DNA of 64,000 nt from Balanoglossus misakiensis (lineage: Eukaryota > Animalia > Hemichordata), in the NCBI GenBank assembly GCA_040954595.2, contig CM082579.2:12649834-12713833 (forward strand), read 5' to 3'. The translations under genes were made by a program, and so were the position numbers. Below the pieces are notes generated by a model. That model saw only the letters and a list, made by a program, of their open reading frames with translations. It was not told the origin of the DNA and did no database searches. Every line of letters starts with the position of its first letter. Position 1 is the stretch's first letter. Positions 37,662 to 50,344 of this stretch are shown here, in pieces.

Positions 37662-40304
37662 TTTTGGGTGATCCAAATGAGACTTATAGTCAATTTTATA
37701 GCAATGCAAGTTAGAATGTACATTTACTACACTAACTGTAAATTAAATAATCGAATTCAGAATATCACTGGGTTTATTGTTCAACTCGAAAATATACATA
37801 AAATTGAACTTAAGATTGCAACTGCAAATCATAAAATGTATTTTCATCTTAAAAAATGGTCGTCACTTACGAGGTATATAACAAACTGAGAATACCAGAT
37901 TGTTTAGATGTTTTTTTTTCTCCTCTATTTATTAAGTTATGCATCCAAAAATGTCAAACTTATTTAAATTCACTTATGTATCAAAATGACTGTTTGTTTT
38001 CCAAATAAAAAGTATTAAAAAATGCAGACAGATAAAAGATTCTGTCAATCCCAAAAGTGTTGATCTACACATCAAAACTTACCTCTTGAATTTGGAGAAA
38101 TAAATCATGGTACCCTTGTGGGCCACCATTCTGGTGCCGGGCCACTTCAGACAGCTCTGTTTCCTACATTAGTATAATTTTAAGAAGAACGTGAATGTAA
38201 CAGATCCTTTCCAGGCAAGATTCATTTCCAAGCTGTTTCTTAGATTCTTGACACACTTAACATACGAGTTACACATTTGATCAACTTTGTCTTTGTGCTA
38301 CAGATCTCTACAATAATACACACACAAGGATTATGAAAAGATTTTCACATCCGCTTTACCTTTTGTTGGCTGTTTTTCCCCGCCATTTTTGATTGTGTTT
38401 TTTCCTTCTTTGCATCCCTGTAATAAAAGTAAGCAATTGTAGTATGTTTCAATTGGCCATTTTCATGACTTTACATTTAAGCAGAGGAAAGCGAGCAAGC
38501 TAAGCAAGCCTAAAGTACATTATGCAACACCACACTATTATCATGTGCCTATCTGCAGGATTTTCCAAGAATCGAGAGCCTTGTAGAAGAATGTGGGCTG
38601 TGTGTGAGCAAAATGTCAAAGAAGCAATATTGACATAGTCATTTGGTAAAAATAAATACCCAACACTAACATTTTGCAAGTTTATGATGAAATACACAGT
38701 TCTTACCTTTGACAGATTAGACATGTCTTCTAATCACCAATACCTAGGAATATAACACGAAGAACTTCATTTTAATAAATGTGTTTAGTATTTCGATATG
38801 AGAAAGCCCAGTAAACATCTGTTAGGGGAGAACTATTGTTTTCAGAGGGGGGAATGGAGAATTTGTGTATTTCAGCATTTTTTTCAGTCATTGTTACAGT
38901 GGCTTTTTTTTCTGGGTGCCAATCCAACTTTTTCCATCAAGGCATAGCAGCAGAAATTTTTTTCATTTTTTGCTCCACACACTCTACCAACAATGTGTTT
39001 ATTCCCCAAATCCTCCACCTATCTCCTCAGAAATCAGAACCCTTACATTTTGTCCAAGAGGCCGTCATGGACAAAGGATTCGTTATTGACCATACTTCCT
39101 ATAATAAGCCCTAAATATTCTCAAGCATAAAGTCTCCAATTTAAAATGTCTACCTTGAAAACTCACATTCTATAGGGATAAACTGTGTTAACGCCATCTT
39201 GAAAATTTGCAGTGCATTATGGGTCACTTGACTTCCGCATGGGGGGGGGGGGGGAGTAACTCAGTCGAGTGTCAGCTGTTCACTGTGCAAGTCAATGACC
39301 ACAAGCGTCTACAACCTATCCAATTTTCCAGCGGTTTAGTCAGATTTTCCTCAAGTAGCGTTAGTAGTAGTAGTATAAGTAGTTATATTTTGTTCTGTTT
39401 TAGTGTTAGTTATAGTTATTTTTGAGTTTTTAGAACTGTTCCAGTTTTTAAGAACTGTTCTCTCTCGCCCGTTCGATCGACGACGGAAGCAAGAGTTCAA
39501 CAATATCAGCGGTGAGTACTTGTATTAAGTTGTAAACTATCACTCTGCACTTACTTTACCACCTCTAGGGGCAAGAATGGACGTAAATCGACCATAAAAT
39601 ACTGATTTGGTGTACTTTTCATAATGCTTCAAGTTAGATTTCCAAAGCATTCGAAACAATGGTTTCACAGCCATTTACAAAAACGTGTGAATGGGCGTCA
39701 CATCATCGCTTTCACTGCTGCATCTTGGCACTTTATTCAGTTGATCATTTGGCAGCCAATGTTCATTGCGTATTGTTGAGGAATCGTGGTGATTGACTTA
39801 ACCGTTTTAATTCATGTATATCCAAATCTATGGCCATCGAACGTCATGTTAAAAGGGGGCGTGGCTCTGGCTTTGAAACTTGTCCTTGTTTAGACTACTG
39901 TTCAAATTAGACTACTGTTCAAAACTGTCAACGTACGACCATCACTGAGTGAACATTTCAAACTATCATCCATATCAGTTTCCAAATTATCTGAATAATG
40001 TGTAATTCAGTGCAATGCACCTTGGAAATTTGACAGAGGATTTGACTTACATGCATGGCTTCATCATTCATGTTTAAGTTATGTTTGATTCTTTGCAATG
40101 TTTAAAGTTTGTTTTCTATTTGTTTTCATTGATTTACCTTTTACTGCTAAATAGTAATGGCACATGGGAAATAATCTGTTCTTTAATCACTCCAAACGGA
40201 CATTATGGTTAAAATATGGAAGTATAGTGAATATGTTATTGATATACACCCTTTATGTGCCCATTTAAAATATTTTACCACTTGTATACTTTGTCAGATT
40301 AATC

Positions 40305-42621
40305 ATGCCAAGAGGAGTTCATCACTGCTGTGTCGTTGGCTGTAGCAGTAACAGCAAATGGTCTAAAGAAAAACACTCCTTCTTTCGAATACCATCTGCT
40401 AAAACAAGGGGGAAACTCAGGCAGCAATGGCTACAACGCATCAAGAGAGCCCCACCTTTCAAGGCTAGTGACAATACAAGAGTGTGTGATTTACATTTTA
40501 TTGATGGTACTCCAAGCAAGTCAAATCCCCTCCCTGTGCTGAACATGGGCTACAAAGTCAAAGTAAACGTTCCACGACGACCTATCATTAGATCAAGCCT
40601 TCCAGTTCCATCAAGAGTGACAAATCCAAAACCACAAGCCTTTTTCACAACCACTGCTGAAGAACCTTTGGACACGCACGGAGACTGTGCACTTCAGGTA
40701 GAAGCCAATCCAGTACAAATTGCTCAAAATGACAAGACAATTAGATCAAGCCTTCCAGTTCCATCAAGAGTGACAAATCCAAAACCACAAGCCATTTCCA
40801 CAACCATTGCTGAAGAACCTATGGACACGCATGGAGACTGTGCACTTCAGGTAGAAGCCAATCCAGTACAAATTGCACAAAATGACAAGACAATGTGTGA
40901 TTTTGCAAATGACCATGACTATGACAGACCAAATACTTCCTGTAGTCATGGCTTTGCAAATGACCATGACTACATAGTAGAAAATATTGAACAGAGCCAT
41001 GAAACTGTACAAATGCCTGAACGTGTAAGGGAAGACCAGTGTGAACTCCCAAAGAACTCCCACGGAACATCAATCTTGGACAACAGCCTGTCATCAAATG
41101 TATCCGTAGAGGATGGAGACTTAACAAGTGTTGTGAAGAAACTCTCAACAAAAGTCAAGATACTGAAAAGCAAGATAAGAAGGTTGCAGTATTGATGACA
41201 TTTGCCACAGTGATAGGAAGATACTGTTTTATACTGGATTAACGTCGTACAAAGCCTTTGTCATTGTTTTAGGAAAAATAATGAAAAAGGGTGCTGAAAG
41301 ACTGTCTACCAACACAAGGCCCAGTCGAAGACCATGGTATAGAAAAGGGAGGAAACCTGGTCCTGTGCGCAAGCTAAAACTCGAAGACGAGTTCCTATTG
41401 GTTTTGATGAAGCTCAGGCTTGATCTGCTTGATGAAGATTTAGCAGACAGATTTGGAATCAGTATCAATTTAGTGAGGCTGCTTACCCAGAGATGGGTAC
41501 CATTGATGGCTAGATGCTTGAAGAAGTTAATTAACTGGCCCTCTAAAGACCAGGTTAGTGATGACATTCAGATTTGTTTGTTGGTAATCTGGAACCTGGG
41601 GCTGTATGTTTTGCAGTACTTTTTCCGTGTAGCAGAGTCATGTGAGAGCAAACACATTGTCCAAAATCCTTGGTTAAAATTTTGGGTTACAAGCATTACA
41701 GCTTTGTGTACACCTTGGTTGATATATTTTATTTTGGACGATGGTGTCGGAAGATATACAAATTTTGAGAAAGGGTTACAACCATGTCAAATCCCAAGTG
41801 CGAGTTTTGTTTTCAACTAAAATGTTTTATATTTTGAAATAAATTATTTTCAACTCCTATCAATTTCAGTTAAAGGCACATCTTCCACGGCAGTTCAAAG
41901 CAACCTACCCCAAAACAACAGTAATTATTGACTGCACAGAAGTTTTTATTGAGCGGCCAAGTAACATCGTGGCAAGACAAGAGACCTACTCAAGCTACAA
42001 ACACCACAACACTGCAAAGTTTCTTGTTGGTATCACACCTACTGGCAGTATATCATCATTGTCCAAAGTCTGGGGAGGAAGAGCTTCTGATCGGCACATT
42101 GTTGAACAAAGTGGTAAGTTTTTTGCCAATTGTCAACACAGAATTACAATTATGTGTGCATGGGTTGAGAAAAAGTAAAGATTTCAGAAAACTTTTGGAG
42201 GTGTTTCATTTTTGACTAAGTTATAGAGAAAACGTCATCGCTATTCAATTGATCCCCTTTTTTCGCAGAGACTGAATTTTTGGATAAACTGGAGTATGGT
42301 GATCAGGTGATGGCTGACCGTGGATTTGACATTGGTGATGTACTAGCTCTGCGAGGTTGCACTCTTAACATCCCTCCATTTACCAGAGGAAAGACACAGC
42401 TGAGTCAGAACGAAGTCGAACAGAACAGGCAGATTTCATCTCTGAGAATTCACGTGGAACGAGCAATAGAACGTATTAAGAGATTCAGGATCCTTCAAGG
42501 AGTCTTCCCCTACCAAAGACTATATCTACTGGAAGACATAATTACTGTTTGTGCAGCATTAACTAATCTTTTGCCACCATTGGTAGTGGATCAGGCACAG
42601 TCTCAAATTGAAGACATGTAA
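40305..42621 (+). pseudogene. THAP + HTH + DDE_Tnp_4-type transposase, 3 coding exons, one frameshift near 41190
   Basis: THAP C2CH (CCVVGC..FFRIP..W..VCDLHF), FYTG, LMKLR..DLADRFGIS; exons 40305-41553, 41870-42113, 42269-42621; catalytic IDCTE, MADRGF, RIHVERAI. Confidence 0.9.
40587..40892 (+). repeat. In-frame 153-bp (51-aa) tandem duplication in the transposase linker
   Basis: IRSSLPVPSRVTNPKPQA...QIAQNDKT occurs twice with few substitutions. Confidence 0.95.
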
Positions 42622-43424
42622 TTTTCCATTCTTGTAAAATGACAACAGCATACATTTTTTATAACACACCAAGTTCAAGACATGAAAACTTTATTTTCTC
42701 TTCTTGAAAGGGAGTTATCTTATGTCATTTCAGATTCATAAATTTACATTTGTTAAAAAAAAAAACAATTTGCATACAATGAAATGGTAATTTATTCCTC
42801 TGGAAAACTGAAAGGAAAAGTTTACATTTTTACCTCTGCTGTCTGGGATGCGGAGCTAATCAGATTGGGTGATTTTCCTTTGAACATTGCCTTCTCTGAA
42901 ACCGCTTTCCTTATTGCTTTAAAATTTGTTATGCAATTCTGTAGAGGTGGCCTAATTCAGATTTGTCCAAACTGGTAAAATTTGCATGTTTTTGCCATTT
43001 TTAGTCAATGTTGTCATCTAGAACAGGCAGTCTGACTTGCTGTAAAAGTTAGTATGGGAGGTTCATATAATTGAAGGGAGTAAAATAAAGTCAAAGATTG
43101 GAAATGTGCATATATATACACCCTAGGTCCTTGTTTAGTAATGTGTAAACTGTAGCATTTCAAGAAAACAGTATAACAATACTACAATCGTAACGATAGC
43201 TTCTGTACCATTTTAATTCGGTAATAAATATGTAAATAATAATGTGTCTGTAAATGAGATTAATTAATCAGCAATCTGTGGTGTGCACTAATTGAATTTG
43301 TAAATACAAAGCTTTTCGCTATCCAGATACATGCCGTCCCTATCTCATCTGCCATTGTTTATAATTTTCCTATCTTTGCACTTGCCTTCCCCCCCCCCCC
43401 AATGTCATTTCCATATCCTTTGTC

Positions 43425-45281
43425 TTATAACGCATCTCTGCAACCATTACAAAACCAGTCATCACTTTCTAGTCCCTTTTCTTTGCCCGTCAGGCCTACA
43501 CACTTGAAGTGGTACCAAATGTCGCATCTATCACAGGCTACTCCACTTTTCTTTACATCCCGTCCGCAAGTACCGCATGGCCACATACACTTTCGTTTGC
43601 CCTTTGTACTGGTCGTAGACGGTTTAATGGCTGGCAGATCAGTTGGGGCAGGCAACTCTGCTTGCAGACCTAATGAAGCCACGTTGGCCAGAGTGGAGAC
43701 ATCAAGAGGGTCAGCAGTTGCATTAAATGCAGTCTGATCCAGGCTGGTGAGTTGGTGCGAATATATCTTCCAGGCCTGCTCGAATGACATCAGGAACATG
43801 GCGGGCTGGCGATGAAGATCCTTGTGGTCGGATTTCATCCTTCATCATGATTGGAACCACATGTTGGAGATAGAATGAGTCAATGTTGCCTTTGACTCTG
43901 CCCCAGAAGGCTTCATCAAACAGAACTGGAATGACAAGTAAACCCAGTTGGTAAACACAACAAAATCACACACTTGAATATTAAGAACACCCATCTGGGC
44001 TTGTACCTGTGTGTAATATTGATGTGTTGGTACCAAGCTGTAGTTTCCGTTACTGTGTCGTTGGATATACTTGATGGTATGTCCAACAGCCTGCTGGGAT
44101 GTGGCATCTCTGGCACTGTATGGACATTTACATTCAACAACACTGGAGTTCCTGGGATTTGACACACAGCATCCCATATGTTGTCATCAGAGTCAGATGT
44201 AATACTTGGAATGTGGGCTGGCCTGAAAGTTCTTGGTTGAGTGCTGTACTTTGGGTGCCTGAAGTCAATGTCCTTCAACAGTGCAGGGCGTGTTTTCGCA
44301 CGGTAATCGTCATTCCAGGCACAGGGGACCTCTGTACATGTTGTATTCCGGTTCAGACCATTATCAGTAGCTGCTACTACCTTAAACAATAATGCAGCAA
44401 CGTGGGTGCAAGCTTCGCCTAACCTGGAATAATGTGGGAAAAAGACATGTACATGTTAAACTACAGTAAACAATTTTTTAAAAATATTTTATCCAAATGT
44501 AACTTTTGCATATGCCTGTAAAATAGATCATGTACACTTACCCTGCCATACACTGACAGCGAGCTCCCTTGACAATCATATCTTCAGAGTGTACAATCAC
44601 CCACGCGTGGTATGGGTCGGTGCTTGCTTGAGATCTTCTCACAGTAGTTTTCAGATAAACATATGGTTCCTCCGCAACTTTATGAACATACACTTTACTA
44701 ACGAAGCCATTATGGAAAAACTGATACCCATCAAGAGACCGGTAGGCTTGCAGTGTGTCTGCTGTGTAGATCCCTATATGTGAGAGGTCAAAAACGAAAG
44801 TTTTGTACACGCTGTAGTTTCATAAATGATGGAAGGGAGACAATGCAAGATATTATTAATCTTCTTATTAATCACATAAAGCAGAATTCTGTTCAGAGAT
44901 GCATGAATAATATAAAGAAACTGCAAACTTAATCCTAGTGGATATCATGTATAACATACCTGGAGTGTTGATAAGATAATTAAAAATGTCTGCAAATGTC
45001 AGAGGAGGTGTTTTCCTTATGTCTGCATCCCATTCTTTAACTGTGTCTGGATGCGGCAATTGGTTGTCACCTGACAGTAAAATTTCTGTGAGCCGGATTT
45101 CACTTCTTCTTTGTGTTTCTACTTGGGATGGATTAACAGGAAGCTTCAATTTCCACGCCCAAAAGGCCAGCACTGCCAACTCTCCCTGGCGCCCATCAGC
45201 TCTAATTTTTCTCTGGCATAGATATTGTTTTAGTTCTGCCACGGTGTGTCCTCGAAAGTGTTCGAGAGTAAGATCCGCCAT
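43425..45281 (-). pseudogene. SAP-like + SWIM + YqaJ/lambda-exonuclease + PHD protein of ISL2EU; internally deleted and frameshifted
   Basis: Exons 45281-44960, 44773-44542, 44423-43425. SWIM CQC..G.GEACTH; ECKCPY and YYTQVQAQM..CDFVV; C4HC3 PHD at the C-terminus. The expected ASPDG motif upstream of ExK is missing. Confidence 0.85.
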
Positions 45282-45972
45282 GATAATTGCTGCAAAGAAG
45301 ACAAGCTAAGTAATTAATTATCAAGGAAACAATATTTCAATAAAAGATGTGTAGAGTTACAAATTGAAAAATAGAAAATGATACAAAAACAGTAATGGTT
45401 ATCCACATTTATCCCTAAAGAAACAGGGCCAGCTGAGAAGATTTCAACCAAACGAATTTGTCAAATCAGCAAGTCAAAATTCTTCCATTAAAATCTCCCA
45501 GTGGTTGGATTTAGTCAATAGCAACACAAATTGTTGAAAGCCAAAATTGCAGAGCATTATAGTGTGAATGGCCGAAGTGAACACAGATTTTAACATTGCA
45601 TTTGCTGCTAGTACCAGCTGGGGGCCACGCCCCCTTTTTTACACAACGTTCGATGGCTGTAGGTTTGGATGTACAAGAATTAAAATGGTTCAATCAAACA
45701 TCACGATTCTTTATTCAAGTGACTTTCTAGAAACAATGAACATTGGCTGCCAAATGATCAACTAAACAAGGGGCCAAGATGCAGCAGTGAAAGCAATGAT
45801 GTGACGCCCATTCACACGTTTTTGTAAATGGCTGTGAAACCATTGTTTCGAATGCTTTGGAAATCTAACTTGAAGCATTATGAAAAGTACACCAAATCAG
45901 TATTTTATGGTCGATTTACGTCCATTCTTGCCCCTAGAGGTGGTAAAGTAAGTGCAGAGTGATAGTTTACAA

Positions 45973-46410
45973 CCCCGGTGCGGAAAGTCCTGGGGTTCGG
46001 ATTAACGTGTGTTTGTATAGTTGTTTATTTGGGAGTGGTCGTCGTGCATAATGACTGTGTAATTGCTCTCATGTACACAGAAAATAATTGAACACTTCAC
46101 ACTTCCAGGCTATTGACAACTGTTTGAATGGCGTGGTTATTGTTTCCCAGGGACGCTTCTGAAAAGCACTGAAACCAGATTTCTCCCAAAATCATCGTTG
46201 TTTCATAAGCTCGTGTACTTTTTCGTCGATAACTTTATGTTGTGTGTGTTTATAAAGCCAACTACAGTCGGTGTGTGGTGTAATTCTTTATGCTTGGACC
46301 TGTTTGGGCCGATTTTCATAGAGCCAAGATCGTTGGTGTTGTCTGTTGTCAGTCAAACGGCATTAAGATTCGCCACTGATTTGGGGGGTCTTTTATACCC
46401 CGCACCGGGG
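45973..46410. mobile_element. MITE inserted in the right ISL2EU TIR, no TSD
   Basis: ccccggtgcgg ... ccgcaccgggg; absent from the left TIR; flanks caa|ttt. Confidence 0.8.
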
Positions 46411-46761
46411 TTTAATACAAGTACTCACCGCTGATATTGTTGAACTCTTGCTTCCGTCGTCGATCGAACGGGCGAGAGAGAACAGTTCTTAAAAACTGGA
46501 ACAGTTCTAAAAACTCAAAAATAACTATAACTAACACTAAAACAGAACAAAATATAACTACTTATACTACTACTACTAACGCTACTTGAGGAAAATCTGA
46601 CTAAACCGCTGGAAAATTGGATAGGTTGTAGACGCTTGTTGTCATTGACTTGCACAGTGAACAGCTGACACTCGACTGAGTTACTCCCCCCCCCATGCGG
46701 AAGTCAAGTGACCCATAATGCACTGCAAATTTTCAAGATGGCGTTAACACAGTTTATCCCT

Positions 46762-47200
46762 ATATTGTCCTGGACAATTGTCCAGGAAAGACTCCATTAT
46801 GTTCGCCAGTTCCCAGTTTTTAAGTGGTGATGACCTGATACATGATTGACAAAGCATGCTATAAATATTATAAAGCAATAACATGTTCCCAGGGAAATTA
46901 TTTGTTATTGACCAAACTTTTTTGTAATTACCCCTAAATATCCCAAGCATAAAGTCTTCATTTTAAAACACTTGCCTAGAAAACTTGCATTCTGTATTTT
47001 CCTGGACGTATGTCCATGAAGGCCTGCATGACTGAGTCCATTTCCCATTTTTGTTAGTGGTGGTGACCTGATACATGATTGAGAAAGTATGCCATAAATA
47101 ACAATAAATATTTTCAGGCAGAAAGTCTCCATTTTAAAACACTTTCCTTGAAAACTTACATTCTGTATTTTCCTGGACATTTGTCCATGAAGGCCTGTAG
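46762..47200. repeat. Degenerate tandem repeat (~170-bp units), continued from ~39050-39173
   Basis: Repeated gcataaagtctccattttaaaa..ttgaaaact..cattctgtattttcctggac and gtggtgacctgatacatgattga. Confidence 0.65.
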
Positions 47201-47688
47201 TATGGCCTCCAACTGCCACCTCTGGAGGTTTTCTACAGTGTTTTCATGAAGTAACGCTGAAAGCAAATTGTAAGCTACCTTTCCCGACGAATTCTTCTAT
47301 ATTTAAGGAAAACTGCCACATTCTTACTATACACACAAAAATGAAGCTAAGAAATTATTGAAACAGACACAATGTAAAAGACACATAAATCTTCAATGAT
47401 GTCATATTTGAATTAATTTACCTCTCTCGCCAAGTTGGTGGTTTGATCCAAATATGTTGGCTCTGAGACCATGTGCCTTTTGAGTGTACATATGCTATTT
47501 TTGAACTGTTTGAGGCTTGGCCGACCAGTCATGATTTACCACATGTGCAAATGTTATGTGCGCTCTGATGGAAATGAAAATTGTGTCCTACAAAATATAA
47601 AATGTGACTGCAAATATTGGAGTTTTGACCACATAATTAGACCACTTAATTTTTGTTGCCACAAAGGTGCTACTGTAGTATCATGTAA

Positions 47689-48485
47689 CGGTATATTCAA
47701 CTTTACAAATATATGATCCAAGTGAACGCCACACCTAGCTACCTTGTCTCCTCCTGCATGATTTCAAATGATTTTGCCAGTTTAGCAAAATCATTGATGA
47801 GGGCCCCATTCCTTGTCAGCAACTCTCTCTCTCTCTGTGGACTTTCTGTTCTTTAACTATCTCCTCCTGCCTCTGCCACCTCTGATGCATTTTGTGCAGG
47901 AGGTTGGTCAGCTCAGTGTCTTCTTTCTTGGGCAGAACCTGAGGAAAAAATTAAAGAAGTTTAAAAAATTGCTTGTAGAAGAAATGTTTCCGGTATTGTA
48001 ACGTCATGCCTCGAAATGACGTCAAACAAATAACGACTGAACACGTTATTTGAAACGAACAAACTTGTCCCACGGACGTAGGTTTAATTCAGGCTCTAGA
48101 ACATGGCCTAACAACAACAACACGCATGCGCACAGCACATACTACTCTATGCGGGGGTGAGCAGGCTGTCTAATGATGTTCATGTTTTGTCCATAATGTT
48201 ACAGGTATATTCAACTTTAGTGAACGCCACACCTACCTTGTCTCCTCCTACATGATTGCAAATGATTTTGCCAGTTTGGCAAAATCATTGATGAGGGCCT
48301 CATTCTGTTTTAGCCATGCTCTTTCTCTGCGTAGCTGTTCCTCGCGTTGTTTTAAGATCACTTCCTTCATGTGCCACCGTTGTCGCAGTTTTTGTAGGTG
48401 GGAGGTCAGTTCACTTTCCTGTGGTTTCTTGGGCAGAACCTGAGGAAAAAATAAAAGAAGTTCAAAATATTGTCAGTAGAAGAAA
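47689..48485. repeat. Diverged tandem duplication (~290 bp x 2)
   Basis: 47689-47990 matches 48204-48485 (gtgaacgccacaccta, aaatcattgatgagggcc, ttgggcagaacctgaggaaaaa). Confidence 0.75.
47997..48203. mobile_element. Solo LTR (207 bp), TG...CA, 5-bp TSD GGTAT
   Basis: ggtat|tgtaac ... gttaca|ggtat; an empty paralogous site cggtatattcaac lies at 47689. Confidence 0.75.
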
Positions 48486-48553
48486 TGCATCTAGTAGTCT
48501 CGTTCCTGGCCTGCTCCCCTGCCCTATTCCAACTGCTGGCTGCGCTAGCTTAA

Positions 48554-50344
48554 AGTGAACCGACACCTTCCTTGTAGAGAGATTCTAATAAAATCTTTGT
48601 GAAAAACATGAGTGATTTGCGTCGATTTTATTCACTTTCACTTATCGCGCAGCAGCGCAGCGTCTTTTTCGATGTGCAGTGTGACGTCACAAACTAGTCA
48701 CCAGTAGCAGACGCCACCGTGCGCACGCTAACGTACACAGACAGTTGACATGGCTGGCTGCCTCGCAAGTAGGAGCAAAAACAGAGTTGGCAAAAACACG
48801 GCGAAAGAATTTATAAAAGTTCCCGACCCTTCGGTGGACAGTCAAAATGCAAATCGAGCTGAAAAATGGGTGTCAAACATTGGCATATTATTTCGGTGCT
48901 TATTACTGAGACAGATGATACTTTTGCTTCGGAAATGTTCGTGTTCAATTAGGCCCTATATCGTGAACTACACAGCAAAAATTGTCGAAACAGCCGGGGC
49001 TCCTGATTTCCTTTGATCACCATATGACGAAACCGAATTTTTGGCACTGTAAATCAAAACTCTCATCGGAAGAAAGTAGTGTGGCGGAAATAGGCCTACT
49101 AGTAAACACTGTTTTTGTCACGTACCCAAGCTGTGAATGCATCGCAAAACCATTTCCAAAGACAGAAACGACCACGCGATATGGAGTTTTCAAACGAAGA
49201 TATCGTCGGATTTTTGTGCGAACCCGAATACAGCAGCGATGAGATGGTAGGCGACTCAAGTGAAACTGATTCCAATAGTACAGAGGCAAGTGTAGACAGC
49301 AAAGACGATCGAGAAGAGTGATCGGCTTCGTCTTTCATCGCGCTCATGCTCATGGTGTAGCTGCGCTGCGGTAAATGCGAAGTTATTTCTACTGTCAAGG
49401 AATGCAGGTGCTGCCATGAAATAGATGTCTTGACAAGGCCGTTAGATAAAGACTTGAACGACATATCACGAAGCCATGCGATAATTTTTGACATTTAATC
49501 ATCCATGTCATAAAAGGGACCCTCGTGATTTCCCGAAAGAATAGAAAGTAAACCTATTGACACTCTCGCGAAAATGTCTACCACACGTGTCTACCATCCT
49601 TTCTTTTAAAACAAGTACGTTGATCAACAGCTGTGAAAAGATGCGGCTTTGTTGATCAAAGGGAGGCAGAAACTCCGATTGTCATGTTTCGAGTACATCT
49701 GTGGTGCTTCCAGATGGTAGAGGTGGTCGTTTCTGTCTTTGGAAATGGTTTTGCGATGCATTCACAGCTTGGGTACGCGACAAAAACAGTGTTCACTAGT
49801 AGGCCTATTTTCGCCACACTACTTTCTTCCGATCAGAGTTTTGATTTACAGTGCCAAAAATTCGGTTTCGTCATATGGTGATCAAAGGAAATCAGGAGCC
49901 CCGGCTGTTTCAACAATTTTTGCTGTGTAGTTCACGATATAGGGCCTAGTTGAACACGAACATTTCCGAAGCAAAAGTATCATCTGTCTCAGCAATAAGC
50001 ACCGAAATAATATGCCAATGTTTGACACCCATTTTTCAGCTCGATTTGCATTTTGACTGTCCACCGAAGGGTCGGGAACTTTTATAAAACCTTTCGCCGT
50101 GTTTTTGCCAACTCTGTTTTTGCTCCTACTTGCGAGGCAGCCAGCCATGTCAACTGTCTGTGTACGTTAGCGTGCGCACGGTGGCGTCTGCTACTGGTGA
50201 CTAGTTTGTGACGTCACACTGCATATCGAGAACGACACTACGCTGCTGCGCGATAAGTGAAAGTGAATAAAATCGACGCAAATCACTCATGTTTTTCACA
50301 AAGATTTTATTAGAATCTCTCTACAAGGAAGGTGTCGGTTCACT
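48554..50344. mobile_element. Palindromic Kolobok-type element, TTAA TSD, ~620-bp inverted arms
   Basis: ttaa|agtgaaccgacacc ... ggtgtcggttcact|ttaa; arms 48554-~49175 and ~49722-50344, each with the MAGCLAS... ORF. Confidence 0.9.
49181..49435 (+). pseudogene. P2X7 cytoplasmic (ballast)-like Cys-rich protein remnant
   Basis: GFLCEPEY, an acidic linker, then WCSCGKCEVISTVKECRCCHEI once a 5-bp ctgcg duplication at ~49361-49370 is removed. Confidence 0.65.

Larger units (their letters stand above)
39174..46761. mobile_element. Full-length ISL2EU (PIF/Harbinger-related) transposon, AT TSD, ~690-bp TIRs, two convergent genes
   Basis: at|agggataaactgtgttaacgcc ... ggcgttaacacagtttatccct|at. It interrupts a host repeat whose empty form (cattctgtattttcctggac) lies at ~46988. 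Gene pair typical of ISL2EU. Confidence 0.9.

Noticed and set aside
49181-49435. Host P2X7 receptor gene
   Set aside because: No transmembrane or ectodomain exons; the fragment lies inside a TTAA-flanked element.
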